A DNA stretch of 64,000 bases, from contig CP154954.1 of assembly GCA_039621445.1 (NCBI GenBank), positions 36,875,703 to 36,939,702 on the forward strand, read 5' to 3'. Made by a program: the position numbers and the translations under genes. This stretch comes from Euglena gracilis. Lineage: Eukaryota. The stretch's first letter is position 1. Every line of letters starts with the position of its first letter. The notes beneath the pieces were generated by a model. The model was not told where the DNA came from, made no database searches, and was given only the letters and a program-made list of their open reading frames with translations. Positions 40,301 to 53,200 of this stretch are shown here, in pieces.

Positions 40301-42527
40301 CATGATTGACAAGAAACTGCTTGCTTGTATGTTTAATTTCTCATGGTGCCAAGATGATGCGTACAATGATAGGTGCAGGGCCCCCAGGGGCTGGGAGCTG
40401 GACCTGGCCCCCAGCCCCAAAAGCCAAACCCCAGATTAAGCATTCTTCAGCCAAGGTGAAAAAACAAAAACCACCCGAAAAATGCCATTTTTTTGGCCAT
40501 GTTTGACCCCTTTTTCAAACGTTTTGGCGTTTTGTGCCGAATTTTTTTTCGGCCCAGCCCGGCTTCGCTGGGGTGGCTTGAACTTTATTTCAGCAGACCC
40601 TCCCCCCCCCCACAAGAGGGCTGCACTTTGCAGCCTGGCTGGGAGGAGCTGGCTGGAAAAAAGGTATTGGCTGGCTGGACCACCCTGCAGGAGCTGGGTC
40701 CCCTCCGGCTCAAGAAAACCCTGATTGGGTGCCACCACCCCAGGTGAAAATGCAGGCATTCACTGATTTTTTTTGGCATTCAGCCCTGTTGAACCTCCCC
40801 TTAATAAGTGCGCAGCACCATAATTATGTGCAGTGCCCTAACACGTTCGCACCCCCACAAGGGCCCGAAACTACCTCCCTAAAAACTGCACCCCCAAGGA
40901 GAAATCAAGTCACATCTCAGGTCGGAAAGCACACACAATTCTCAGAAATGTCCTTCTCAGGCAATTATTTCTATCATCCGAGCCCAAATTTGGCACATAA
41001 TCACTTGACTCATTGATTGACTTCACAAGAAGGGGAAAAACTGAAAAAGATTGGTGGAAAATTAGCTGTTTTGTGCTTTGCCCAAGTAAGTGCACAGTGC
41101 CCCAATAAGTGTGCACCCCTTGGGGTCCGAAAACTTCATCCTCAAAATGTGCGCACTACTTTTTAGGGGGGTATATCCCAGGGGGTGACATGTGGCCGTG
41201 TAAATATTCTCTTTCCCGAACTGCACCTGTTTTCGGCCAAATATTCCGAGTTTTCCCTCCCTTTTTGGTCGATCTTCAGTCGGATCCACTGAACAGGGGG
41301 GGGGGGTTGATGTTTGGCAGGAAACCAAAGAGGGGCTTGTATTTGGCGGGTGTTATTTTTGGGTGGTTCTGATTGGGGGGGTTCATCAAACCCTAGTTTA
41401 GGCCATTTGAGCAAGGCCAGAAATTCAGCCAAAATAGCATGGTTCCCCCGATCATACGTTGATGGATTGACACGATGGTAGAATGTGGGATAATATTATT
41501 TTGGGAGAGCAGGGAGGGTATTTAGGGAGTTATTTTTTTGTAAGGTCTACCGTACCAAGGTGAATAGGACACAAAGACTCTTCAAGCATTCGTTAGTGTG
41601 CAAAGTGCACACCCCCTCAACAAAGGCCAGCCTCTTGAAAACCTTGAACCGCATTTTACACATGCGTGTTGTGCGAGCAACACAGAAAATTGCAGATTGT
41701 TTTGTCCATGCCAAGAATTAGGTCTGTCCTCCTCCACCGTCAGTGATCCACCCAACTGGGCAGGGCTGTACGGGAATCTGCACAACCCTACAGGTGGTGG
41801 GGAGGGGTCGACCAACCCCCCCCCCCCTCTAGAAGGTGAATGACAATGAAAAAGGTACCATGCTTAATTTGAGTCTTTCCCCACCTCCACAAGGCCGACA
41901 TTTTTTAAGGAGTTTCACCCGTCGTCCCCCCGGGTGGGTGTTATGGGCAGGCAGGGAAGGGCATTTTTGACCCAGGTCGAGTTTTAGGGTGGGCAGTGCT
42001 ATAGCACATTCCCTGGTGCCAAAGACGCCGGGGCCCCAAAAATGGGGAAAGTTGGCTTGGTCGGCAGGCAACGGGTCCAAAGCCGGGGGGGGGGGTTGCC
42101 AACATGGGCAGGCACCCCTTGTTTGCGGTTTTTGTCTTTTTGTGTCTTTTTCTGCGTTGCATTCTGCGAGGGCCCCCGTCTTGTCTCCTGTCCGATGCAG
42201 TGATGGGCTTTGAATTGCTTGTGCCGAAGGGGGGGCCAAAGTGCTTTTCCCAAGCTGTTTAGGAACCCAAGTGCTCAATTATTTTGCATGTTTCAACTTC
42301 AACCTCTTTGTTTTTCCTTGTGGTTTTTTGAAATTTCCTCTTTTTCCTGGTGTGCATCGCACTTTGCAGGCCTTTGGTTAGACTTGCAAACATCTTTTGA
42401 ATCCCCCTCCCCATCGTGCAAAGCGCTGCAGTTGATTGCCAGCTCCTGAGAGACAAGGCACTTTTTTTGCAAGGGTATTTCTTTTTAATGTGAAACCAGA
42501 GATACCTCTCATTTGCCTCATCTGCAG

Positions 42528-42661
42528 GAGCTTGATTTGCTTATTGATGCGTTCGACAGCAATAAGGATGGCAAAGTGTCGTACCTGGAATTCTGCAACA
42601 CAATGGTGAATGGCCCCTGGGCTACGATGCAGTTTAAAGAGCCACCAATCACAGATCCAAA
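42528..42661 (+). CDS. EF-hand protein exon 7 (ELDLLIDAFDSNKDGKVSYLEFCNTMVNGPW...)
   Basis: ctgcag| and |gtacga boundaries, 134 nt, paralog of exon 3. Confidence 0.9.
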
Positions 42662-43096
42662 GTACGACGTGTTTTGCTGTTGCTGCTGCTGTTGCTGCTG
42701 AGGTGGGAATAATATTCCCCATCAGAATAGCCGAATTAGCTGAGTCTGTTTTTGATATCCCCAGTGTTTCATCAGAATAGCCGAAGCAGCTGAGTCTGTT
42801 TTTGATATCCCACTGTTCTCACAACTCTCTATTCAAACCGCTGTTTGGCATGTGAAGCAACACAAATCCAAATTCTCTGGCTGGGTAGGTGGGGGGACCC
42901 CTGGGGGCTCGAACAGAAGCCTTGACCCATCGCATTCAGCAGGGAGGAGGGAATATGCACCATGCAGTTTTTGCACTTTCTTTGCGTTTTCTTTGTGTTT
43001 TTTTTACAGAGGAAATTTCACTGAAGTGAAATGAAATGCATGGCACGGAGAGATGCATTTTTTGTCGTTATTTTTTTTGTTTTATTCACTCCACAG

Positions 43097-43165
43097 GATC
43101 CCTACAGTGCACAAAGTTCCTGACAATGAAGTGAGGTTGAATCTGCTCTTGCAGTCACTCCACAG
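43097..43165 (+). CDS. EF-hand protein exon 8 (IPTVHKVPDNEVRLNLLLQSLHR)
   Basis: ccacag| and |gtcagc boundaries, phase 2 to 2, resembles VLNRLHQDLRR in exon 13. Confidence 0.75.
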
Positions 43166-43260
43166 GTCAGCAGTGCCCGTCCATCGAAGTTGGGATATTC
43201 CCAACTTCGGACCCCCTGGGCAGGTGGGTCTGCCGGTGGGTCCCCCCCCCCCCGGGGGGT

Positions 43261-43871
43261 CAGGGCAGAACGGGAATCGGCCAAACAGCCAGGGTGGTGG
43301 GTGGGGGGGTGGTCGACCACCCTCCCCACCACCTCTTCCTGTATTTCCGGGAGCACCAATTTTTTGGACCCAAAATTTTTTCCCGGCGCCGAAAGAAAAA
43401 AAACCGAAGCCGAAGGCGCCGGGAGTTTTTTTTTTTTACCATTTTGGGACCCGTATGGGAGGTCCCCCCCAAAAACCCCTAAACCCCCATTTTTTCACAC
43501 CTTCCAAAATTTCAACATTTTTCTCAAAAAACTTTTTTAGAGGTTTTTGAAGCAAAAAAAATGTTATTGAATATCCAAAATTTTCCAAGAGAAAAAATGT
43601 CAGTAAAATTTGCGTGTGCCAAAATTTGGTCCATTTTTTTGACCTTCGTTTTTTTCAGCCCCTCCTAAAAACCACCAATTTTTAAACCTGAAAATTTGAG
43701 ATTTTTTTTGTGAAAGAAATGTGGTTTTCCATCAAAAAATCATGCTTTTTGAGTTCATTTTTCAAAAAATTTCCCCAGCCAACATCCCCGTTTTCCCAAA
43801 GTTGGTGAAAATGCTGTGGTGGGTGGGGGGGGTCGACCCCCCCCCCCACCAGGCTTTCCCATTCTGCCCTG
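43261..43871. mobile_element. MITE with CAGGGC ends; relatives near 28000-28463 and 36047-36306
   Basis: TIR CAGGGCAGAACGGGAA/TTCCCATTCTGCCCTG; TSD not conserved. Confidence 0.75.
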
Positions 43872-44924
43872 CTGGGGATGCTCCCCCTAACTAACTAAAG
43901 TGGAGTATGTGCCTGGCACCTGGTGGCCGGCGTCGTAAACAAGGTAAGTCCCGCCAGGCTCCGGCCACCTCCACGTACACAGACAAAACGGGCCAGAGGT
44001 GAAAAACAGCGCCAGGCCAGAAGAAGGGATAAAATGCGCCAAACAAAAAGCCACAGTGCACGCAGGGTACCCCCAAGGGTCTTGTGGGTCCCCCGCCAGA
44101 GGCAGGGTTTGGACTTTTTTGGCTTTTTTTTTCGGCACAAAGTGCCAGTAAATTTTTTGACCCAAAAATTGACCCCTCAACAATTGGGTCCCCAGTTTGA
44201 TTGCCAAAACGAGCAGAACCAGGTGGAAATGGTGGAAGTGGGAAAATGGCCGGAAACGGGCTGCCCAGCTCAAACTTTGGCAATGAACATATTTCTTTTG
44301 GCGTCTTGCCGATGTTTGGGCCTTTTTGCAGTTTCTGGTTTCTGGACCCAGTTCCACCCCAGGGAATTTTAGCCAGGGAATCACATATGGGAGGCAAGCA
44401 CCTCTGATGATGCTGGGCGATGCTGGGCGATGCAGGGCGATGCTGGGCGATGCTGGGCGATGCTGGATTTTTGGAGACCAGAGGTGGGGTTCCGATGCTG
44501 GGTGATGCTGGGCGATGCAGGGCGATGCTGGGCGATGCTGGGCGATGCTGGCATTTTTTTTGTATATTTTGGAGAATTGAACCATTTTTGGGATAATTTT
44601 CCCAAAATCACCAAAAAGGCGCAAAATGGCTAAAAATGCCATAAAATCTGCTCAAAAAGGCCCCAATTAGCCCAATGTTTGCCAAATCAGTGATAAATAG
44701 CCCCAAATTAGCAAAAATTGACCCATAATGGCCAAAATGGGTGTCAAACTGGAGCTTTGTGGGTCATTTTTCACAATCTTTTGTGGACATTGTTGGCATT
44801 TTTGGGCAATTTTTGGTTATTTTGGTTGTTCTTTGGGGGCTTTTTGTGGTCAATTTTGGGCTTTTTGTGGCCATTTTTGGAGTTTTTGTGGTTAATTTGG
44901 CTTGGTCAGGAGCCAACGGATGAA

Positions 44925-45420
44925 TACTGGACAGATGCTGGACAAGATGCAGATGCTGGACAAGATGAACTGGATGCAGGCACTGGACAAGATGCAGATG
45001 CTGGACAAGATGAACTGGATGCAGGCACTGGACAACATGCAGATTCTGGACAAGATGCCGATGCTGGACAAGATGAACTGGATGGCAGGCACTGGACAAG
45101 ATGCAGATGCTGGACAAGATGCCGATGCTGGAAAAGATGCAGATGCTGGACAAGATGCAGATACTGGACAAGATGCAGATACTGGACAAGATGAATTGGA
45201 TGCAGACACTGGACAACATGCAGATGGTGGACAAGATGCAGTTGCTAGGCAAGAAGCAGATGCTGGACAAGATGCAGATGCTAGACAAGATGCGGATACT
45301 GGACAAGATGCAGATGGACAAGATGCAGATGCTGGACAACATGCAAATGCTGTACAAGATGCAGACACTGCACAAGATGCAGATGCTGGACAAGATGCAA
45401 TGAGACAAGACGCAGTGGAT
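44925..45420. repeat. 18-bp minisatellite (GATGCTGGACAAGATGCA)n
   Basis: Degenerate tandem array. Confidence 0.9.
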
Positions 45421-45564
45421 GCACGCTGTTGCTGTTGCAAGGGTGCCACCCTCCACCCTCCGGCACAACAACTGTTTTGGATTTTGTTTGTCTGACCGGC
45501 AAGAGACTTGCAACTTGCACTCGATGTTGCCATCTCACAGGCCTGCAACACATCCTGTGCTGGC

Positions 45565-46010
45565 AAAAAGCAGCAAAAGTGGTCAAAAAGTGGTCAAAAA
45601 GCAGGCACAAGTGGGGTAAAAGTGGTCAGAAAGTAGCAAAAGTGGTAAAAAGGTGGGCAAAAGTGGTCAAAACGCAGCAAAAGTGGGCAAAAAAGTGAAA
45701 GTGATCAAAAAGCAGCAACAGTGGCCAAAAGTGGGCAAAAAGCAGGGTCGAAAAGCAACAAAAGTTGTCAAAAGTGGTCAAAAAGCAGGCGAAGGGGCCA
45801 AAAGTGGTCAAAAAGCAGCAAAAGTGATCAAAAAGCTGCAAAGGTGGTTGGATATGGGCAAAAGTGGGCAAAAAGCAACAAAAGTGGTCAAGAAGCAGTC
45901 AAAATTGGTCAAAAGGCAGCAAATGTGGGCAAAAGTGGTCAAAAAGCAGTCAAAAAAGTGGTCAAGTGGTCAAAAAGCAACCAAAGATGGCCAAAAGTAG
46001 CCAAAAGTGG
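45565..46010. repeat. Degenerate 10/20-bp tandem repeat (AAAAGTGGTC/AAAAGCAGC)
   Basis: Tandem array inside the hAT-like element. Confidence 0.85.
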
Positions 46011-46200
46011 GCCAGAGCGGCAAAAACAGCAGGCATTATAGGTACACCTTCAAGGGCTCCAAAGGCGATGCTGGGCGATGCTAGGCGATGCTGAGCGATG
46101 CTGGGCGATGCTGGGCGATGCTGGGCGATGCTGGGCCCAAGGGCATAGCTGACCAGAGGTGCTTGATGGGAGGGAACGGCTGGCTGGCTACTTTTCCGTC

Positions 46201-46230
46201 ATTTGTGTTCCAACGTATTGGGACATTGAA
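46201..46230 (+). CDS. EF-hand protein micro-exon 9 (FVFQRIGTLK); no AG at the expected 5' boundary
   Basis: Consensus donor AA|gtaagt in phase 2. Aligns without gaps to FTSSRFGTNK in exon 13. Confidence 0.6.
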
Positions 46231-46759
46231 GTAAGTGAGAGTTGGTTTTGCACGGTGGGGGTCAGACCCCCCGGGGTTCCAGACCCTCTCCGTCCTGCTT
46301 TAGATTCGGGAGGGGGGGTCCCTGGAACCCAGAAAGTTTTTCTCTGGGGCAAACATAATTTTCTATTTTTTGCCTTCTTTCAAGGGTGCTAAATATACCT
46401 TTTCGCCTTTTTTTTCCAGCCCAAAAAGATTTTTTTTTTGGCAATTTGTTTTGTACAGGAGGAGGGGTAGGGAAGTCCCGAACCCCCTCCTCCCCATTGG
46501 GGTGGGGTGGCTTTTTTGAAGTGTTAAAATCCAGGCAAAAAACAGCTCAGTATTTCGGAAAGGATGATTAAAGTTGGATGTTTTCATTTTGACTAGACAA
46601 AAGCCTTTTTGCGGGAATGTCCCAAATGTACGTCCAAGAAGCATAATGAACAGAAGTTTGCTGAAGGGCCCACATTTTGGGACATACCCAAAGATGCCCA
46701 AGCAGGGTGTCTCTTAAGCCAAGTTTGCATTTTCTGTTTCTTTTTCTAAAAATTGGCAG

Positions 46760-46793
46760 GGATACACTGCCTCAGGATGAAAGACAGACAGGA
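46760..46793 (+). CDS. EF-hand protein micro-exon 10 (DTLPQDERQTG)
   Basis: ggcag| and |gtttgt boundaries, phase 2 to 0 bridges its neighbours, supplies the DxxxxG half-loop. Confidence 0.5.
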
Positions 46794-48020
46794 GTTTGTT
46801 TTTTGTGTTGGAATTCGCTGTAGAATCTTTTTTGGCACTGGTCCAAATCATTGGTATCCGACATTTTCATTCTGGTACCTTGTGCCTGGGTCATGTGATG
46901 CAATCCTTCCTGACTTCCCAGCACAACACATCCGTACGGGGGGGGGGGGGCAGGGTTGGTTCCCAGGGTGACCCAGGGAATATTGGTCAGCAAAGATCCA
47001 TCTAATTGACCCGATTAGGATTTCAGCGCAAAATCCACGGCTCAATCCATCCATCCAGTCTCAACTCTCTTCCCTTTGCTAGGTTTTCAAATGAATCAAC
47101 TGTTGTCTCCACTGGTTGGGTTTCCTCAGGGCTTTGGAGCAGCGATTCCAAACAGTGCAGGAGGCGTTCATTCACCTCGATAAGAATCGTTCTGGCCTCA
47201 TCAGCGCCCAGGAGCTGATTGGCATTCATGGAGGAAATCACTTCCATGATGCCATGATTTGTTTTGTTCGATTTGTTTTGAGTCAAGTTTAGCTTTGAAG
47301 CATTGAGAATTCATTACGGCTGGGAAAAAGGACGGAAACGTCCTTAAGCAATGGCATTGTTTGGCAAGGTAATTAAATTAATGAAAAATTTGGTAAGACC
47401 TCCCAAATATTCAAGGGATTTTGCCCAATTTTAACCTCCTGCCCAAAGTGTTAAGTGTACGGCAGTTTTGCGGGGGAGGGGGGTCAGACCACCCCCTCCC
47501 CAGAGGGGTCCAGACCCCCCCGCTCCTGCCGCACTCCTGTGAAGGGAATCAAACACGGCAGAAACCCACAAATTTCCTCCAGACAGAACATATATTTGGA
47601 CAAAATGACTGGCACAGCAAAATCAAAGCGAGTTTTCAATTTCAATTGAAACATCCAAAATTCGATGAATTTAGAATTATGTAAAAATCCACATCTTGGG
47701 ATCTTTTTAAGTTTGAAAGTTTGCGCGCAACAAAGTGATTTTAATGGCATAATTCAAGCTCAGATAAAGCAATGTCATTTTCTCCCGCGCTATAAATCAG
47801 CCGACTCATTTATAAGAAAGTGGCTACAAGAGAACACATTGGTCAACATATGTAGTGCCCAGATTTTTTAAAAAAAATAAAATTTGATGGTGCAAAAATT
47901 TGGCACCCCGCCAAGTGATAGCGAGGGGGGGGGGGCATTGTTGAAGGGACTGCACTTCCAGAGCAGTTGGGGGCAGGTTTTTCTGCTGGGTGAAGAACAC
48001 CCAAGGCTACCACCCTACAG

Positions 48021-48155
48021 TTTCTCTTAAAAATCGTGGGATTAAAGTCAGATTTCCTCCATGTTATTGTTTTGCACAACAACAACGTTCGTGTCAACTG
48101 GGAAGACATTCAATTGTTAGTTGATTATTTTGACACGAACAAGGATGGGCTGATT
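48021..48155 (+). CDS. EF-hand protein exon 11 (FLLK...SDFLHV...WEDIQLLVDYFDTNKDGLI); 3' boundary non-GT
   Basis: ctacag acceptor, clear EF motif DYFDTNKDGLI, followed by TCC TGA with no GT. Confidence 0.75.
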
Positions 48156-49255
48156 TCCTGATTGGGCTGTTTTGTTACTTTCTGAGGATATCAATCTTTG
48201 GCAAATGGAGCACACACGGACTAGACACAAGCTGCACACGCACACGCTTGCATGCGCACGCGCGCGCACGCACACTTGCGCAAACTCACATCCATGTGCA
48301 TAAATGCATGTGGACGTGTGTGCACACGTGCGCATTTGAACGCAAACACACATTTAGGTGCCGGCAAAGACACTCACAACCATCAGCCAGCCACCCACCC
48401 ACCCACTCATTTGCTACCCCCCCCAGGGTTGTTCAGAAGCTCCGCAGACATGAGGGTGGTGGTAGGGGGGGGGTCACCCCCCCTCCAGGGGGGTAAGGTG
48501 GTGGGGGGGTCCCCCACCCCCCCTCCTCCTCTGCGAGAGCAAAAAAAAATTCCTCCGGCGCTTCGCACCGGGTGTGTACTTTAAGACCCTCTTGAGTCTC
48601 AACATGGAATTTTGGCAAAATGGCCCAAATTGGCCGAAAAATGGCCGTAACTTGGGATGGGCGGGGAGTTGCGTGGAAATCAAAATACTTTTAGACAGGG
48701 CATTTTAAGGGCTTCAATTTAGGTCTCGAACATTTCCTTTGTTCCCCACCGTTTTTGAGAAATTTCAGAAAAATCGACCTTTTGATCCCAAAAAACGACC
48801 GAAATTTTCGGTGACCGAAAGCTGGAGGTAGGAGGGGGGTCGGTCCCCCCCCCTCCGAGATTCCCACACAACTCTGCCCCTCCCCCCCGGCGCTTGGCCC
48901 CACTCCTTCTTGCATGCAAATTTGCCCCCTAAAGTTTGGCCTTCGGCCTTTTGCACATGGCCGCCAAAATTTTCAACGTGCAAACTTGGCCCCCATAAAA
49001 TTGGCCCAGTATTAAGTGAGCGGTGGTTTTGCAGGGGGGGCACCCCCTCCTCCCCCCCCAAACCAAGGGGGGTCTGGGAACCCAAAAAAAATTCCGGCGC
49101 GAATAGCTGGAAACGATGAAAATTTTGGTGTGCATTTTGACCGATTTTTCAAGAAGGTGCAGGAAAACGCGACTTTTGGGCCATTTTCAAGGCCGACAAA
49201 AATTTTCAAGGTAAAAATTTACAAAACTTTTTATGAAGGTAGCTTTTTGAATTCA

Positions 49256-49324
49256 AATTTTCAAGAATTTGTCAGGCTTGTTCATGGGCGGTCAAAGAGT
49301 CATCCAGGCATCAAACCAACGTCG
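49256..49324 (+). CDS. EF-hand protein exon 12 (NFQEFVRLVHGRSKSHPGIKPTS); 5' boundary approximate
   Basis: Completes the loop DTNKDGLINFQE and the exit helix. Donor |gtaccg in phase 0. Confidence 0.7.
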
Positions 49325-49921
49325 GTACCGGTTGGAAATCAAACACATTTCTTTGAGTATTCAGTGGATGGGCAATGTTCCAGCAATGCCAGAAATAATT
49401 TTCCCCGGGGTTGATTTTTTTTTTGCTGAGATTTCGAACTTCTTTTTTTTTTGCTCAATTTCGAATATTTTTCCAGGACCAATTTTTAAAGGTTTTCTAA
49501 GGTTCCTTTAGGCAATTTGTCCAATTTTTTTCAGTCTTTTTTAAAAAAATTTTGAAGGTTTTTTGAGGCGCCTTTTCAAAATAATGCCTGCTGGGGGAGG
49601 TACACATACAGCACCTCTTTCTGCAAAACACCATGTTATTGTCTTCCAACATAATCCCAGAAAATTTCTCTTGAAAATGATGGCCATTTGGGCCCCAGGC
49701 AAATTCTGACCTACTTTATGCTTTATCGTCAATTTGTGGTTTGCCAAAACTGACCCTTTTAAGCGACGCCTGACGCCAACTCTTGGGCTGTTTATGTCCG
49801 TTCAAAGGGCCATCGCCCAAAAGGTTGGAATTCACCAGATTTCAGGTAGGCTGAGCAACTGCATAATGCGGAGTCGTGTCTCATGAAACGTCACGGATAA
49901 TGTGAAAAAATGCTCCATAGG

Positions 49922-50262
49922 CATTGAATGTAACCCCCTCAAATAAGAGACCCCCCGGTGTGTTATTTGGGCACTAGGGGGGGTGTGTTATTTGGGGGGA
50001 TGTGTTATTTTTACATGGAAAACCAAAGGAAAACAGGGGTGTGTGTTATTTGGGCGCCCGAAATCGGCCCCCGGGGGGGGGGTGTTATTTGGGGGGGAGT
50101 TATTTGGGGGGGGGTGTAATTTGGGGGGGGCTTTCGATGTTCAGCAATGCAGGTGGGGAATTTTTGTTTCAAATGTGACAGCTCGGATTAGCAAGATTAC
50201 ATTTGAGAGAATAATGGATGGTATTCTACATAGCAGCATTCTAAATGTCCTCCTCATGCAAA
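49922..50262. repeat. Dispersed repeat with an inverted copy at 63655-64000
   Basis: Near-identical reverse complement. Confidence 0.85.
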
Positions 50263-53200
50263 AATTTCCGTCCCAGCGCTTTGTGCCGGGCCGAATATCA
50301 TCACCTGGGCCGCCACTGTTTCGGTTGGGGGGTGTCAAAAAATGGCCTGGTTCTTTGGTAAAAAGTATTTCTTTTTTACAAATCGCTTATTTTTGAACTT
50401 TTTTTTTGCAATTTTCCTTTCCCAGCTCGATTTCGTTCCATCCAGGGACCCCCAGCTCCATTTCGGCAAAACAAATCCAAGAAAATTTGTGCACTCATTC
50501 ATCATTCATCACTCATTCATCATTCACCATTCATCCAGCAAACAAACGAGCACAGTGCTGAAATTTCAATTCAGAAGCAAATTTGATTTTGACCCAGAGA
50601 TATAGTTCCCTCTTGCGAGGGCGTCGCTTAAGCTGGAAGGTCCCCTTTCCTGGTGGGCCCCCTGGTCAACATCCTGGGGGGGGACCTGTCCAGCTGGCCA
50701 AAAGACAGCTGGAACAGATTTTTTTTTGGAGGTGCAAAAATAGGCCAAGGAAAGGGCAAAAAAGGGACGCAACCAGGTTGGTCATCTCAAAAATCCGGCA
50801 AAACTTCTGCACGTTTGGTGCAGTTTTGTTGAGGTTTTTCCTGCAGTTTCGATTTCTTTGAATTGGGTTCGACGCAGTTTCTGCCAGGGATCCCAGCCGC
50901 TTTTGGGGAGGGAGGGAGGGCTCAGCCAGCAGCCTTTTTTTTCCAGGCAGCCCAAGTTTTCCATCTCTGGGCTGAACTCTTCCCAGTCACAAACCCATGT
51001 CTGTTGTTGCTTTTTTCCTCTCCTGCGATGGATCAAAGGACACCACAGCCCTGCAATGGGAAGAGTTTGTGCGGGGTATTCAAATGAACCGGTGGAACCC
51101 CCGTGGTGCTGGTGACAGCCGGGATACGCTTCTGCCCAAGCCATCTGTGGCCCCTGGTGCACGTGTGGAGGAACCTGGGCAGGGTGTGGCATTTGACACA
51201 TTTGCATAAAATCTTGAGTTTGACCACAACTGAAGGCCGCCGAAGGTTATAGAGGTCACCCAAAAAAATTATTTTCCCCCCAAATATAAGGCCTCCCCGC
51301 CAAATATAAAGCCCCCCCCCCCCTGAGGGTCTTGAAATCCCGTCCAAATACAAATCCGGGAGGGCTTTATATTTGGGAGGTTAGCATGCAATCCCCTGAC
51401 ACACTTCACCACCATTTTGAGCACAAAACCTCCAGTGCCTCTCGCACTTGAGCTTGCACATTTTCGCACATGTCGAAGAATTTGATTTTGGTGCCGTGGC
51501 AAATTGTCCATCAAATTGTCCTCCATGCCCCACTGATGTTTAAGACCCTGCGACATCCGCAAAACAACAAAAATGCATATGGACGGTGAACACACTCGTT
51601 CACACTGAAGAATGGAAATGGGGGGGGAGCCCTAAGCAGAAAGCAATGATAAGCAAATGTCATTTCCAGATGCTCACTTTGGAAAATGTGCAATTATTTA
51701 ACCCTCCCCTCTAATCGAAGCACGGGTGCGCTTATAGCGGACCGTCGACTCCGGTGGTGGTGCGCTTCATTTGGACCCTACCCGCGCGATTTTTGTTGAT
51801 TTCCTCTGGAAATCCCATCAAAATGGGGGGTGTGCTTGTGGTGGCGCTGCCTTTGGCGGCGTGGGCGCGCTTTTGTTTGGACCCTGCGCTTGTACGCCCC
51901 CGCGCTTCTATTAGGGGGGGGGGGTTTATCCAAAATGGAGCATTTCTGGTGGAAAAAAATTGTTGTATCCTTCTAAAAATTTTCAATGTTTTCCTGAATG
52001 GCAGGTCTTGGCCCACGCCAGTGGGGGGCATTATATTTTTTGGGCAAAACTAAACCAACCTCAGGGGGGATTTATATGTGGGGGGGGCTTTGTATTTGCG
52101 GTGGGTTTATATTTGGGGGTTTATGGCCCCATGAGCACGGTGGCTTGCAAGTCAGCTGACACCCAATGCACCTCATTTTCGGACAAAAATACTGGTGATG
52201 ATGCCCATTTTTAAACTCAGGTTTTCAGGAGGGAAAATTGAAAATGCAGTTTATTTGATGTGTCAGGGCTTTGATATGGTTTTTCACAGCTTCACCGATG
52301 TCCAAATTTGGGCCGAGATGGTCCTTTTGTTGTATTACATACCCAGCCTGTTTACGCAGTTGCACAAACGGTTGGTGTGGCAAATGCGCACACCGACCAC
52401 CAATTCTTCAAAAAAAAATCAAATTTCAGGGCGTCGTTTCAGGCTTAGTTTCACCTCACCAAATTGTCCCAGCAGCCCATGTTGATGAGGCAGCCATCTG
52501 AAGGCTGGGGGGAATTGATATCCGCATTTTTTTTTAAAAAAATACTGCAATTTCCGCAGTTTTCTGCAATTTTCCCACAATTTTTTTTTGCAATTTCCCC
52601 CCTTTCTGCAGTTTTTCCGCATGGATGATGGAAGGCGAAGTGGGTTTCGGCCATTTTTTGAACATTTCACAGGGGTACCCAGGCACTTTTTTTTTGTTAT
52701 TTTGTTGCAAATTTGCCAAAAAATTGCAAAATTTTACAAATTTTGACAAACGTGGGCAAATTTTTGGCCAGTTTTTAGGGTTTCCCCCAATTTCTGCTAC
52801 TTTGGACTTGAAGATTCCGAGTCCTGACCATTTCACCTTATACCAAAGTTTTCGGCAATTTTGCCAGCGTTTGATTTTTCACCAAATATTTCCAAATCGG
52901 CATGTTCTCAAAATTACAAAAAAACCTGTTTTTGGACTTTTTGTTTTTTTTTAAAAAAAGGTGAATAACAACCCAAATCTTACACCTATATTGCAAAATG
53001 ACCAATTTTTTCCAAGTCCCCTCCATCAGAAGTGTACAAATCCCCAAAACCGTAATGTCTACAATTTTTCGCAATTTATCTGCAATTCTTCCAATTGCCT
53101 CCAACCTCCATTCACCCCTGGCAAAGGTTCCAAACATGCCTGCTCAGGCACCCTAACCCAGGGTTCGATAAAAGGACTGCATACAGGGTTTGGGTGGGTG

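Larger units (their letters stand above)
44395..46165. mobile_element. hAT-like non-autonomous element carrying minisatellites
   Basis: 12-bp TIR CAAGCACCTCTG/CAGAGGTGCTTG, perfect TSD atgggagg, subterminal (GATGCTGGGC)n at both ends. Confidence 0.9.

Noticed and set aside
44718-45566. ORFs with GQDADA or MLDKMQ repeats
   Set aside because: Translations of a minisatellite inside a non-autonomous element.
47817-47841. KWLQENTL as an EF-hand gene exon
   Set aside because: Weak splice sites. The exons at 46201 and 46760 fit homology and phase better.
48178-48187. ACTTTCTGAG, resembling the start of the Euglena spliced leader
   Set aside because: Only 10 nt match before divergence; compatible with chance.
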